Positions 1 to 11,000 of a stretch of DNA of 56,623 nt are shown here, one piece after another. The stretch is from a virus. Taxonomy: Duplodnaviria > Caudoviricetes. Every line of letters begins with the position of its first letter. Position 1 is the stretch's first letter. The notes beneath the pieces were generated by a model. That model saw nothing but the letters and a program-made list of their open reading frames with translations. It was not told where the DNA came from and ran no database searches. The position numbers and the translations under genes are program-made. The stretch is from positions 1-56,623 of IMG/VR virus record IMGVR_UViG_3300035156_000125; one strand, written 5' to 3'.

Positions 1-25
1 ATCTTAATTCTACATTGTTGCCCAT
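1..25 (-). CDS. Probable 5' end (MGNNVELR) of a tail gene truncated by the window edge, likely continuing at 56623
   Basis: ATG at 25 after an A-rich leader, downstream of the 78..1709 stop; the ORF at the far end is open to the edge. Confidence 0.5.
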
Positions 26-77
26 TGTTGCTTATGTTTTTATCAGCCGTTTTGCATTGTTGTGTTACTCACTTGTA

Positions 78-1709
78 TTACGGATTATTTATAATTGGCA
101 CATACCACACTCCTATGTCGCTATTTGTTGGCTGTGTCGGTGCTGTGTTAGTGCTATGTGTTGAAAGAAATATTAACCGAGCGTTTGGCCCATCAAAATA
201 AAGACTGCTGTCATACACTCCCGAATACCCCGGTTGTGGACTAAAAAATTTCAGTAAAGGCAATATCCTTACACCATCCTTTGACGCCCATCTTACAACT
301 TCGCGACCTACGCCTGACGATGCTGATGCTCCATCTCCTGTTATCGCATAAATAGAAGATCCAAGTTGTATGGAACAAACCTCACCGGGATAGAATTTAT
401 TGAACGGCATCATCATTGACCCTAGTACGGTTGGAGTTGTCCATGTTATACCGTCCGTTGATGTTGACCTTAGCATGAACCTTAAAAACGTCGTTGCAGT
501 TTCACCCACAAAAAACATTTCTAAGCCTGTCCAGATTGGTCTAACTATTGGGTCTACATATTTATTATACCCTCCTACGCCACCTGTAAAAATTATTGTC
601 CCTTGTGGATATACTTCATTGAGCGTGTTTGCAAATGAATAGCGAATATTAGCGTAAGTAGTGTTAGGGTTATCGTGGTAGTAATGCCAGTATTTTGCAA
701 GGAAAGGAACAACTGAACCATTCCCGGCAAGGTCGCCTTCACCTGTTCCAGGTGTTTGAATTGCCGTTGCTTGAACAGTCCACGGCCCGCTGATAGTATT
801 TGCAATAGCTGCCCAAACTGTCCATATTGTACCGTTATAAGCCGAAACAGAAAAGAACTTTTTGCCGTCTAAGGTGTCGTGGTATCCGTCAGGATTTGCC
901 CAACCGCCACTAGCTTGCGTGTAGCCTGTTCTTAGTAATATGTTTGACTGGAAAACGGCTGTATCAAGATAAGTTCCTTTCAGTTCGTTCATCTTCAATA
1001 ATGCGAGTGTATTTGCATCTGAAGTAAGATTTGAAGTGCTTGGAGTGTAAGCAGAAGAATAACGTGAAATATTACTCATTCTAAAGTCTCCAATTGTTCC
1101 CCAGAAAGGAGCTATAGCAGCCCCGCCAGTGTCATCATCGTGACAGCCTAACCTAAATGGAACGCTGTTGGCAACTGCAACGGGAGTACCACATGTAACA
1201 GAAGAAACTTGCGCCCCGTCAATAAACATTTTTAGATTTGTACCCGTTCTTACAAGTGCAACGGTATGTGCGTTTCCGTCCGTAGTAGCAGCCGAGGCTA
1301 TAGCAGCCGCACCGGAATAGTTGTTATAATAGTTTAATTTATTGGCTGCATCAAAGTAGCAAAGGAATTGCGAAGTTGTTCCCGATGCGCCGTTACCCCA
1401 TCTTGCAAAAATTACCTGAACAATCCCGTTCTTAGCAGTGTTGCGCTTAAAACGAAACTCTATTGTGTAATTAGAAAGGTTATTATCAAACTTTTCTCCT
1501 TCTGCAATAGCGTTGCTGATACCGGCAAACAATAGCCCGTTTATACCTGTTCCAAATGCATCGGTTACGACTGCCGGCGGTGTTTGTCCACCAAGTGTCA
1601 AATGCTTCCCATTACCCGAAGTGTCCACGATGTTTGCATAATCTAACGCAGATATTGCAGGCGCACCGAGTAAGAAGCCGGGATTTAATATCGTAAGCGC
1701 TCCTATCAT
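78..1709 (-). CDS. Tail adhesin/receptor-binding protein: LamG/ConA-like lectin domain plus beta-propeller glycosidase-like domain
   Basis: YTIEFRFK...HTVALVRTG...MFIDG...IGDFRMSNISRY LamG pattern; C-terminal YVDP and STDGITWT (Asp-box); short hydrophobic N-terminus. Confidence 0.7.
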   Translation of the reverse strand: MIGALTILNPGFLLGAPAISALDYANIVDTSGNGKHLTLGGQTPPAVVTDAFGTGINGLLFAGISNAIAEGEKFDNNLSNYTIEFRFKRNTAKNGIVQVIFARWGNGASGTTSQFLCYFDAANKLNYYNNYSGAAAIASAATTDGNAHTVALVRTGTNLKMFIDGAQVSSVTCGTPVAVANSVPFRLGCHDDDTGGAAIAPFWGTIGDFRMSNISRYSSAYTPSTSNLTSDANTLALLKMNELKGTYLDTAVFQSNILLRTGYTQASGGWANPDGYHDTLDGKKFFSVSAYNGTIWTVWAAIANTISGPWTVQATAIQTPGTGEGDLAGNGSVVPFLAKYWHYYHDNPNTTYANIRYSFANTLNEVYPQGTIIFTGGVGGYNKYVDPIVRPIWTGLEMFFVGETATTFLRFMLRSTSTDGITWTTPTVLGSMMMPFNKFYPGEVCSIQLGSSIYAITGDGASASSGVGREVVRWASKDGVRILPLLKFFSPQPGYSGVYDSSLYFDGPNARLIFLSTHSTNTAPTQPTNSDIGVWYVPIINNP

Positions 1710-2074
1710 GGCTGTACTGAATAAGCTGCTACTATATCAGTTTCGTTTGAACCAAAGCAGTAGAGTGAAAGAATTGCTGTTTTGCCTGTTGCTATGCTTG
1801 CAGGCATACCAGAGCCAATGAAGACCCACCCTACAGGAAATGTAAAAGTGCGTGCAGAACTATCGCCAATTATCCGAATTACCTTTTGCTTTATTGCTGC
1901 CTTGTTGGAAGTTGTGAAAGTGACATTCCCAGTAAGCGTTAACGTCTTTATGTTGTCGTTGTTAAAATCGAGGTTTGTTGTTGCTGCATAAGTAAGGGTT
2001 GACAGTACATCAATAGACGCTTTTGCCGCCAAATCAGTTACTAAATTTGTTACCTGTTCTTGCCTGATTGCCAT
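1706..2074 (-). CDS. Short tail fibre tip / adhesin-anchoring protein
   Basis: TLTLTGNVTFT...TFTFP.GW...ILSLY pattern typical of fibre C-terminal domains; ATGA-coupled to the adhesin gene. Confidence 0.55.
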   Translation of the reverse strand: MAIRQEQVTNLVTDLAAKASIDVLSTLTYAATTNLDFNNDNIKTLTLTGNVTFTTSNKAAIKQKVIRIIGDSSARTFTFPVGWVFIGSGMPASIATGKTAILSLYCFGSNETDIVAAYSVQP

Positions 2075-2078
2075 AGTA

Positions 2079-5000
2079 TTATTTTATATAGGTTGCCCTT
2101 ATTTTGTCGCCTGTAAATGGTGCTGTGATAAAAGTTATGGTCGCTCCCGAAATGGTGTAATCATCGGTAAGCATTTGAAGCAACCCATTCAAGAAAATCA
2201 TTTCTTTTCCGGTTACAGGGGTGTTGGCAAGGGTAAATACTGTGTTTGAACTGTTTACAGTTCCTGATGGAGTTTCCCGAACGATGTAGTCGGCTGAATT
2301 TAATTTTAATGAAAGGTTGGTAGCATTGGTGGCACTGTCAATGAATGTTCTCCAGGCTGCCAGTGCGCTATCATAATATTTGAATTTGTTAGTGCTGTTG
2401 ACGTAAACAAGCAAACCATTTGAAGGACTACTTATTGCTGCTCTTTGTGTCTCTGTTAAACGTGGAACTAGCAAACCTTTAGTACTGCGTATATCCAATA
2501 TAGCTGAAGGATCAATAACATCAGATGATGCGAGAGCATCTCCCAAAAGCAATCCTCTTTTTTGAAAAGCGGCACGTTTCGTTGGGGTAAATGTACCAGA
2601 TGATGTTAACGCACTGTCAACATAGATACCTACTTCTTGTTGTGTTCCTGAAATACCTAAGCCTATAGCTGAAGAGCTAGTTGCAGTGGCTACCCAACTT
2701 GTTCCATTATAATAACCATCATTCGAAAAACTCGTCCCCGTCAAACTTGTAAGGTAACCCCTGTTTCCAAACTTCATTGCCGTTGCTGCCGTTTCCTGCA
2801 CTTCAAATAAGGCAGTATTTGCCGGTACTCCTGTACCTACTACTACTCTGTTATTAGTGTTGATAGCAAACCTTTGCGTAGGCGTGTAAGTTGATCCCAT
2901 AGTCTTGCCTGCGTCTGAATAAAATCCAAGAAAGCCGCCCCCCTGAACAAATAAAGATGGCGCTGCGCTTTTTGCAGTGTATGCCCCTCCGCTATAGCCT
3001 ACACCTGCTCCTATTATAGCTGTGTTATTTGCTCCGCTACCAGATAAGTACATGCCATCACCAACGGCTACATAACCTTCTCTTTGGTCGATTGTTAGAT
3101 AATTTGCATCTTGCCTGTAATTGCTTTTTGGTTTTAGGTTAAGGACTGCCGCTATATTATCTGCCTTACGTTGGTGCCCTAGTACATTAGGATGCAAACC
3201 ATCAATAGTGTAAGAGGTATTCATCGTAAAACCTGATGCCGCTTTCATTGTCAAGTACTGATCTATTACAGCTCCCGAGCTTCCATAAGTAGAAATAATT
3301 AAGGAGTTATAAGAACTTACATCAATTGCTCTTGGCATTACTGTAGTTATAAATAGGGTACTGCCTAACACATACCCGGCTGATTGTAATGCTGAAACTA
3401 GCGTTGCCAGATTTGACATAAACACTGTAGTGGTTTGCGTTCCTGCTGAACCGCTAATGTTATTTGTTCCTTCATCAATAACTATTTTAGACGGTGCAAG
3501 TGCGATTATTTCTGCTACGTTATTATCTTCAAACTTGTTATTTCCTGCACCATAGCCAACGAAATTTCCCTCATACTGGTTTATTAATTTTTGAAGCCAC
3601 CTGTTTTCCGGCGAATTAGAGTAGTAGCCCTTCAATATGCTATCACCAATAAAAAGCCAATCAGCATATTTTACCTCGTTGGATGTTACTATTAAATTAT
3701 CTACCTGATGGGTGCCACCTAAAGCGTAAATGGTAATCTGCCCTGAAGGACAATTAAAAGTTTGTATAGGAGAATTTAAGGGAATATTGAGCGGTTCTGT
3801 TATAGATGCTCCTGTGGTGATGTTTTTTACTATCGTAACTATTTTGTTTTTATAGTAAAAGATAGAGACATGCAGATTATCACCTGCCGTTACCGTTAGT
3901 CTGCTTGTGCCTAATATTGCTCCTGTTGCTGAATTGTTGTAGTAATAAGAGATTTTACCACTGTTAGATGAACTTAAATCAATACCAACTTGTAGCGGAT
4001 TTAATCCCTGCCATCCAACACCAACACCGCCAAAAGTTCCTGATAGTGTTCCTACTGTTATATCAAAAGATATTGTTTCCGTTTCCAAATTCGTAATTCC
4101 ATAAGTTGAGTGTTTGATGTAGTTGGCAAAGCTTAAAGAACCTGCTGCTGAACTTACAGCAAGTTTGCCTGCTGATATACTTCCTGCACCCGTTCCTGCA
4201 GCCGTCCAGTTAGATAATGTTCCTGAAAATGTCTCGTTTATTAGTGATCCTAATGGTATGTATGTTTTATTAGCTGCTATAATTGCAGCAAGACTATCAG
4301 ACGTTGTCTTCGTAGCTGCTTTGGTTTGCCAGTAAGTTGCGTCAGGGTTAAGCGTTACATTCGAGTTTGCCCCGCTTGTATCTACTGTTCCTGATATGCC
4401 GTTTGCCGTTGTGATTACGACTGGTCGGACTGTGCCGGATGAGCCGCCTGTTGATGTAGGCGAATAAATACTCCAATGCTGCCCGTTCTTTTTGTACACT
4501 CGCAGACTGTCACCGGAGCGGTATAAGGTGTCGAGGTTTTTGTCAGAGTAGATTTTTTGGACGTAGGTAAGTGGATCGTAGTTAGCTGAAAAATCCTGTG
4601 CAGCAACCATCCCCCTTGAACTTGGACTTACATCTGAAAACAAAAAACCATTATCTGTATCATTAATGGCTAACGTCTTGTCGTATGACCCTAATCCTAT
4701 ACCCTGATTTGGTTCAATAAAAATATAATTATTGTTTAACTGGTCTCTAATTGCTACCGGCCCACCTAATATGAGGTCACCCGTTATTGGTTTCCCCGCA
4801 ATCGTACCGCTTAATGGTATTTTGGTACTGTCTGTGTCGCTGCCGCCAACCAAATGAGCAGTATCAGCTAACCCGTTTAACCTGCCAAGAATAAAGCCTG
4901 AACTATCCGGCAACCCTGTAAATGTTCGATACGCGCCGCTATCTATACCACTACCACCGCCCGTATAACTAGTCGTATCTTCTGAAAGCGTTCCTAAACT

Positions 5001-5687
5001 GTCTTTAAGAAGAATTTGCATATTGGCTACAACCCGCCTTCCATAGTAATACGGTTTATCTATAGCACCGGCTGAAATTGATATTGGAATTTTACCTGTA
5101 CTGTCAGCTACTATTGGTGTACCTCCATTTACGGATACTGAAAAAGGCAACGTACCGCTCCTTTTCGGCAGATAAAGCGTACTGTCACCTTGCATGTGAT
5201 AGGACTTTAGCGCAATCGAACCGGGATAGGCAAGACTGTTACGAAGGGTAAGGTAGGGCGTTGCTACCTGGTCTTTATTTAGGAAAGTACCTTGTGCGCC
5301 AGATGCGGTTCCGGTTATCCATACGTAAGGGAATGGGCCGGTAAGTGTTACTGATTGGTCTGTCGCCGTGTTGCCGAGGTCGAGGGTTTGTTGAAGGGTT
5401 TGGGAGGAGCCCGACCCGCCGGCATCAATAGCCGTCCATTTGTACCCAGCCCAGGTATAAAATATATTATTTCTTGCAATGGTGTCTTGCGGACGCCTGG
5501 TAATTGCGCCTTGGCGGATCGGGGTGTACATGGTATCATAAATCGGTGCGTAAAGCTCCGTGTTAGCCATTACCCCGTTATACCGAATGCCCCTCGACGC
5601 ATTAGGCTGTGCGAAACTGCCGACCGGCTGCTGACTAAAAGCGGAAAATGATACAGCAGAGAGCAGTATAAAAAAAAGTGATTTCAT
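2079..5687 (-). CDS. Large fibre-like protein with Sec signal peptide and SGNH/GDSL esterase domain
   Basis: MKSLFFILLSAVSFSAFS|QQ; SGNH blocks FIGDSI, GAG, EGTNN, DGLHPN; C-terminal PSAILDI..TKGLLVPRLT fibre motif. Confidence 0.75.
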   Translation of the reverse strand: MKSLFFILLSAVSFSAFSQQPVGSFAQPNASRGIRYNGVMANTELYAPIYDTMYTPIRQGAITRRPQDTIARNNIFYTWAGYKWTAIDAGGSGSSQTLQQTLDLGNTATDQSVTLTGPFPYVWITGTASGAQGTFLNKDQVATPYLTLRNSLAYPGSIALKSYHMQGDSTLYLPKRSGTLPFSVSVNGGTPIVADSTGKIPISISAGAIDKPYYYGRRVVANMQILLKDSLGTLSEDTTSYTGGGSGIDSGAYRTFTGLPDSSGFILGRLNGLADTAHLVGGSDTDSTKIPLSGTIAGKPITGDLILGGPVAIRDQLNNNYIFIEPNQGIGLGSYDKTLAINDTDNGFLFSDVSPSSRGMVAAQDFSANYDPLTYVQKIYSDKNLDTLYRSGDSLRVYKKNGQHWSIYSPTSTGGSSGTVRPVVITTANGISGTVDTSGANSNVTLNPDATYWQTKAATKTTSDSLAAIIAANKTYIPLGSLINETFSGTLSNWTAAGTGAGSISAGKLAVSSAAGSLSFANYIKHSTYGITNLETETISFDITVGTLSGTFGGVGVGWQGLNPLQVGIDLSSSNSGKISYYYNNSATGAILGTSRLTVTAGDNLHVSIFYYKNKIVTIVKNITTGASITEPLNIPLNSPIQTFNCPSGQITIYALGGTHQVDNLIVTSNEVKYADWLFIGDSILKGYYSNSPENRWLQKLINQYEGNFVGYGAGNNKFEDNNVAEIIALAPSKIVIDEGTNNISGSAGTQTTTVFMSNLATLVSALQSAGYVLGSTLFITTVMPRAIDVSSYNSLIISTYGSSGAVIDQYLTMKAASGFTMNTSYTIDGLHPNVLGHQRKADNIAAVLNLKPKSNYRQDANYLTIDQREGYVAVGDGMYLSGSGANNTAIIGAGVGYSGGAYTAKSAAPSLFVQGGGFLGFYSDAGKTMGSTYTPTQRFAINTNNRVVVGTGVPANTALFEVQETAATAMKFGNRGYLTSLTGTSFSNDGYYNGTSWVATATSSSAIGLGISGTQQEVGIYVDSALTSSGTFTPTKRAAFQKRGLLLGDALASSDVIDPSAILDIRSTKGLLVPRLTETQRAAISSPSNGLLVYVNSTNKFKYYDSALAAWRTFIDSATNATNLSLKLNSADYIVRETPSGTVNSSNTVFTLANTPVTGKEMIFLNGLLQMLTDDYTISGATITFITAPFTGDKIRATYIK

Positions 5688-5695
5688 GTTAAATT

Positions 5696-5755
5696 GAAGT
5701 TAGCAGGGCACGGTTTGCCATGTTCAGGTATTGTATAACACTAGCCAATAGGTTA
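5696..5755 (-). promoter_or_regulatory. Putative activator-dependent late promoter
   Basis: TAACC-N10-TGTTA-N33-TAACTTC, same spacing as four other sites. Confidence 0.6.
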
Positions 5756-5759
5756 CAAA

Positions 5760-7088
5760 CTAGCAACGTACATAGGCTCGGGTTGCATAGTTTTTCGGGC
5801 GTGTTTCGGTGCCTGTATTTGCGTCTGTTGTCTTGCTTGTACTGCCTGGTATCATTACACTTCTATCATTCGCATTGTCGGAAAGACCAGTTTGATCGCC
5901 GGGGTTGTATTCGTGTGTATGTGGGCCTACCATATCAGCTTGATATTGGCCGGGTAAGCGGGTTCCGTCCGTTTGTCGCTCGAAAAGGTCTCGCAGATCC
6001 GGTACATGAAAGTTGCCGCTGCCGTCTGCTAAGGAATATTTGTATTTATTGTCGCCTGTAGACCATGCCGCATAAGTAACAACCTCTCCCGAAGGTAACC
6101 GGTTGACATAATCGTAGAATAGACGGGCCTGCGCTGTGATTGTGCAGATAGTACCGTCGAGAGGTATTTTATTATACACTAATGTAGATCCGGCAAATTC
6201 AGAAACCCTTTCACCCACAATTTTAAAGTTGCCGTCTGCGTTCAAAATGTGCCATTCGCTGCCTATCCGGAATATTATCAAACTCTCGCAAATACCCATG
6301 TAAAGTTTAGTCCGTGCCCCTTGCAACCAATCAATTGCCCCGCTGTCAGAGCTAACGATGGCGGCGCAACTATGACTTATCCGGCCTGTTTTAATGTGTA
6401 GCTGTCGAAGCTCTACAACGGTCGAAATGGGCGGCAATGTAACTTCCAAATAAGGGCTTGCTCCTTCAATCAGGATTAATTTTGTCCCGAAATCTGTAGC
6501 TAAAATTGTAGCGTTTGCTGTGATGGTCCGGACGGACGTAAAAGGTAGGTTTATGACGGGCGCGGATGGCAGTACTTTCGGCTCAAACTCAACCCAATAC
6601 TTTTCATACGGCGAAATAGCATCGGTTAGGGTGAGTATTCCGGTTACAGGGTCCCAGGTGTAATTTTCTGCTGATAATGTGAACTGTGTGCCAAAGCCAA
6701 CCTTTTCCAAATGAATATCCCAGGTACGCCAATCATCCGTTCCGCTTGTGCCGTCCATCGTTACGGTGTTGGCCGCGCTGACCCATCCCGGCGTAAAATC
6801 GGCAACTATTTCTTGCGGTGCTTTTATCTCGATTGACCCGGCTGCGGGTAAGGTTATAATTGCATCGGCAAGGGTTTGAATATCGAGGGCTGAACCGTCT
6901 ATTTCAGTCCAGCGAAAAAAGTAGGATTGTGATGGTTCAAGGTTGTAAAAAGTCCACTGCCTTTGCGGGTGCGGGGCATCGTAAATAAGACTGTCAACAA
7001 TGGCAAGTCTGTCAGGTTCTTTGTATAGATTTATGCGTGTCCTGTTGACTGTAGTTAGGTCTGTCGTTACGATGTTAAGCGTTGCCAT
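5760..7088 (-). CDS. Tail fibre protein with C-terminal tail-collar domain (ATG start at 7088 preferred)
   Basis: FHVPDLRDLFER...GQYQAD..GPHTH...ETRPKN collar motif. Confidence 0.8.
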   Translation of the reverse strand: MATLNIVTTDLTTVNRTRINLYKEPDRLAIVDSLIYDAPHPQRQWTFYNLEPSQSYFFRWTEIDGSALDIQTLADAIITLPAAGSIEIKAPQEIVADFTPGWVSAANTVTMDGTSGTDDWRTWDIHLEKVGFGTQFTLSAENYTWDPVTGILTLTDAISPYEKYWVEFEPKVLPSAPVINLPFTSVRTITANATILATDFGTKLILIEGASPYLEVTLPPISTVVELRQLHIKTGRISHSCAAIVSSDSGAIDWLQGARTKLYMGICESLIIFRIGSEWHILNADGNFKIVGERVSEFAGSTLVYNKIPLDGTICTITAQARLFYDYVNRLPSGEVVTYAAWSTGDNKYKYSLADGSGNFHVPDLRDLFERQTDGTRLPGQYQADMVGPHTHEYNPGDQTGLSDNANDRSVMIPGSTSKTTDANTGTETRPKNYATRAYVRC

Positions 7089-7094
7089 GCATGG

Positions 7095-7154
7095 CAAAGT
7101 ATTGAATACATGGTAAGGTGTTGGAGCGGTTTTGTAAGGGGGAAGGGAGTGTTA
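7095..7154 (-). promoter_or_regulatory. Putative late promoter
   Basis: TAACA-N10-CCTTA-N33-TACTTTG. Confidence 0.6.
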
Positions 7155-7535
7155 TAAAATAATTTGCAGTTCTTCCCCGGTTAAAGCAAAGTATAGGTTT
7201 TGGAGCTGGTGTATGTGCTTTATTGGCTTACCTATTCTATTTAATTCGCAAAGGTATTCATCACCAATACTGCATAGGCAGTAATTTTTACTTAAAATAA
7301 CACTACTAATTGAATAGGAATTAAAATCACCGTCAAATTTAAACCCTGCCTTTTCAAGTATTTCTGGTGTTAGTGGGATGGGCATTAGCCTAATGCATGC
7401 TATTTCTTCCTGCTCGCCACATGACCAATATTTTACTTTGACTGAATTTTGAAATATCACTTTCACTTCATAAATCCTATGGTTGTTTCGTTCGGCCACC
7501 TTATTTCCTATTCGTAGTTCGTTTGCGGGTATCAT
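7152..7535 (-). CDS. Hypothetical phage protein in a moron
   Basis: ELRIGN...PIPLTPEILEKAGF...HQLQNLYFALTGEEL motif common in Bacteroidota phages; start moved to MIPANEL. Confidence 0.75.
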   Translation of the reverse strand: MIPANELRIGNKVAERNNHRIYEVKVIFQNSVKVKYWSCGEQEEIACIRLMPIPLTPEILEKAGFKFDGDFNSYSISSVILSKNYCLCSIGDEYLCELNRIGKPIKHIHQLQNLYFALTGEELQIIL

Positions 7536-7539
7536 AAGG

Positions 7540-7809
7540 CTAGTTTTTGTTTTTCGGAGCAAATCTTTGTGGTAAATAATGTCCGTTCTTATCAACCCAC
7601 AGAATGCTTTCGCCAGTAAAATCAGCTATTTGCTGATATACAAATGGAATGCAGTTCTTTACATACTCATCCATTATTGGAGAAATGTTTTCCTTATTTA
7701 ATTTACAGCTCCAATTAGCCTTTGCAATAGGGTTATTCTTGTCTTTTTGTAAAATGAAATCTACTTTTATACCGTTCGAAAAAGTATAAGATGTTTGGAT
7801 TGTAAGCAT
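7540..7809 (-). CDS. Hypothetical protein downstream of a structured leader RNA
   Basis: 89-aa ORF with ATG, tiles the region. Confidence 0.7.
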   Translation of the reverse strand: MLTIQTSYTFSNGIKVDFILQKDKNNPIAKANWSCKLNKENISPIMDEYVKNCIPFVYQQIADFTGESILWVDKNGHYLPQRFAPKNKN

Positions 7810-7819
7810 ATCAAATAAA

Positions 7820-7949
7820 ACGGGCTAACCCTATACGTGTGCTTTACGTCCACTCCAAAAGAGGAATTGACCACGTAAGAATTAGCCTTATTTTAAATTA
7901 GTTGTTGCGATAGATAAATTTTGGATGAACGTAAAGCCGTATAAAGATA
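7820..7949 (-). ncRNA. Structured leader resembling P4 CI / P1 C4 antisense RNAs, with own promoter
   Basis: TATCTTTA at 7942-7949; stem 7823-7839/7872-7887 whose loop (7841-7860) is complementary to 7919-7937. Confidence 0.6.
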
Positions 7950-7951
7950 AT

Positions 7952-7975
7952 AAAAAAAGCAGGCTTTCACCTGCT
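7952..7975 (-). terminator. Intrinsic terminator after the large tail protein
   Basis: AGCAGG-TGAAAG-CCTGCT-T7. Confidence 0.8.
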
Positions 7976-8002
7976 AATAATTACAAGATTGCTACGATCC
8001 AT

Positions 8003-11000
8003 CTATTCCGGTTCAATCACAATAATACTACCACCTTGTCCGAACGCTTCCCCGTCTATTGAGGCAAGCATAGCCCTTTCGCCTTGTGTGCCCGTATCGG
8101 TAACAGAGAAGTCAAGCAGGTTATTAGACCGGCGTAAGCGCACAGAATAAGCATTAAAAGGCACACCGCTTCGTTCGCTTTTCTCCCACTTCGAATCGTT
8201 GGGGAAAGTAATTCGCGTTCCTTCAATATCGGTTCTGTCTAAGCGTAAAATATTATTCAACTTTATTTGCATCCAGTCCGGTATGCCGTACGGATAGCCG
8301 AAAAGCATAACTCGATCCGTGTAAGTATCAAAATCCAATACCTGTAGCCGGTTTTCTTCCTGGTAATCGGTTGAACTACCTTCCCCACTTTCGGTTCCCC
8401 ACATTGCCTCAACCCTGATCATTGGGCGGTAAGTAGTGAAGTAAGCGTTTAGTTTATTGTAGGAGTTCCAGTAGTCGAAAATGTATGTGCCCTCGTGCCG
8501 CTCCGCAAAGTGCTGAATAGTTGAAAGGGCAAGTTTTACGCTGTTGGATCGTAATTCATAACAATAAAAGCCTTCGCCATAACTACCGATTGTTGCCCCT
8601 ATCATTACTTCAATTTCCATTATTGCGAACGGGCTGCGCACTGCAGGATTAGCAACGATTACCGAAATAACGCTTGTTACCTCTTTCCACTTGAACAGAC
8701 CCGCCTTCCCTGCCGGAATGGCTTTGTATAGGAATAGTTCTACAGTTGATAATCCATTTACGATGCCTTGCAGCTTAACCGTGTCGTCAAATTCCCATTT
8801 CTGGACATAGCCCGGTTGGATGGCAAATTGATCGTTGCGCAAATGCTCCCAATCGTCGTAAATGTCTTTGTATTTGTACCGGCTGTTTAGCGTCTTATCG
8901 TAATAAATAAAATGCACCGGGTTGAGCGGGGAAAGTCGTAATGTATTGTTCATGCCGTCTGATATATAAAGTCCTTCGTCTGAAAGTTCCTCAAGCGTTT
9001 TGAGGTTGTTGTTTGCGCTAATAAGCAGCTCCCATTCCTGCGCGTCGTTCGTCGCCGGTTTAGCCGTCATTTTGCCAATAGGAAGCAGGAATATTTCAAA
9101 GCCGTTGTAAACTATCCTGACATTTCCCGCGCTGTTCAGGTTCGTCATTGTCTTGCTAAACGAAAGCGGGACACGTGAAACAAAAGAGGCTTTGTAGTTA
9201 AGAAAGAACGGGGCGGCAAGTTGCGATACTTGTGTATCTGCCTTTTCTGCAATGGTGACCCCTGCTAATGTTGTTACCAGATCCGCGTTTTTGTTACTGG
9301 TCTGAAAGGTTAGTTTTTCGCCTGGCAGTTGAAAAAACACAGACCGAAACCATGAACCCCAATTAAGCAGCCGACGCTTTGGTGTCATTTCTTCGATGTT
9401 AAACAGTGCGCCCGGTCCGTCAATGTTGGGCGTTATTATTCCCTGTGGGTACGTGTCGTAAACGCGGCGGGTAAGTTTGTAAGGAACATAAACAGACCCG
9501 GTAAAAAAGGCTGCTACTGATGGTACTATTTCAACTACTACAATGTCAAGATCGCTGCCGTTTACTGTTGCGGAAACGACAGTAAAAGAGAAGTGGTTAA
9601 AACTCTCAAGGTCTGTGCTAACCGTTTGAAATATTTTACCGGCAGGGAAAAGCGAAATGTTTGCGGCCTGATCGTATAGTTTTATTGTTTTTGTGGCAAG
9701 TATCCATTCTATACCAAAAGTGCCTGGTATTTGCGCCTGCGGGGTTACGTTGACAATAAATGCTTCATTATCGCTTTTCGCATCGGTCGTGTCTTTGTTG
9801 TTTAGCTTGCCCCGTAAAAACTCTATACCGTATGGGTCGCCCCTTGCATCGCTGATTAGATCAATTTCGCCTTTTGACTTCGCCGGCGTAGCCCATTCTA
9901 CCTCTGTATTTGTTTCTTTAAGTCCGTTGCGCTCGTCGTATTCCTGCTTTGGCCAACCTAGTTTTATGGTCTTAATAACCGGCTCCGCGTTAGGTTTTAT
10001 TTTCAGATCAATTACTGCGTCTAGGTCAAAAATAGTTACGTTGCTTGTGCTGCTGTACCTTAATTCTCTTTTTTCGACGTAGATCACATTGCCGATAATG
10101 GTAAGGGCTAAACAGTATTCCGTGTCGTAATCTGTCCACCATTCTTTAAACGACTTTTTTATTACCGCTCCGGGAAGTCCGCGAAGTGATTGCCCCGACG
10201 TTTGTACGAGGTTTGAATGAGCGGTTAGAAAATTACTTTGCACACTGTACGCGGTGTTCCACTTCTTTACAATCAGGTTTGCAAGTGCTAACGGGGTAAG
10301 GAAGGAAGCGGTAGACGGGGTATTTTGGGAGTTGAAGGAAAGAGAAACAGAAGTGACCGGGCTTATGGTAATGATGTAGTTTCCAAATCCAGGCTGTTTT
10401 ACATTGCAACCTATAAATATTTTATCCCCGGCAAACAGGTTTACATCAATATCGTATGAAAATGTGAGCGTTTCGCCTATGTCTGACGCCTCTAATGGTA
10501 GTGTCTGCGAAAGGTATATTCTGTCCCATGTGGTTTCGGTAATGTTGTAATACAAGAATAAATCAATAGTTGAGTCTATAGACCCGACTTCCTTTACCGT
10601 ATAGGAAAAAGTAATTTTTAGACTATCAATGTAAATCGGGCTTGTAGTCTCGAAAATGTTATTCCCAGGTGACGTTTCGGTTAAATACTCAAGTACGGTA
10701 TGACTGCCGGTTAAGTCAATTTTTTCAGGTTGTTGCGTTCCGGATATTACACCAACGCTGTCACCTTCATTGTTTAAAAAGACTATTGGCAAAATCCACA
10801 AACCAAAGTCCAGGTCGAATGAGTAACTATTGTAATTATAGGTGTCAAATAGCCTAACGCCATCAAATAAAACCTGATCCCCAACTAACGGAAACTCGTA
10901 AGTTATATCTGCATTATTGTCTAAGTCCGATTGCAGCCCGCCCGTCTTAGCGTTTACCGTAACGCCTATGCCGGGTTCATCCAGCACATTGTTAAGCATG

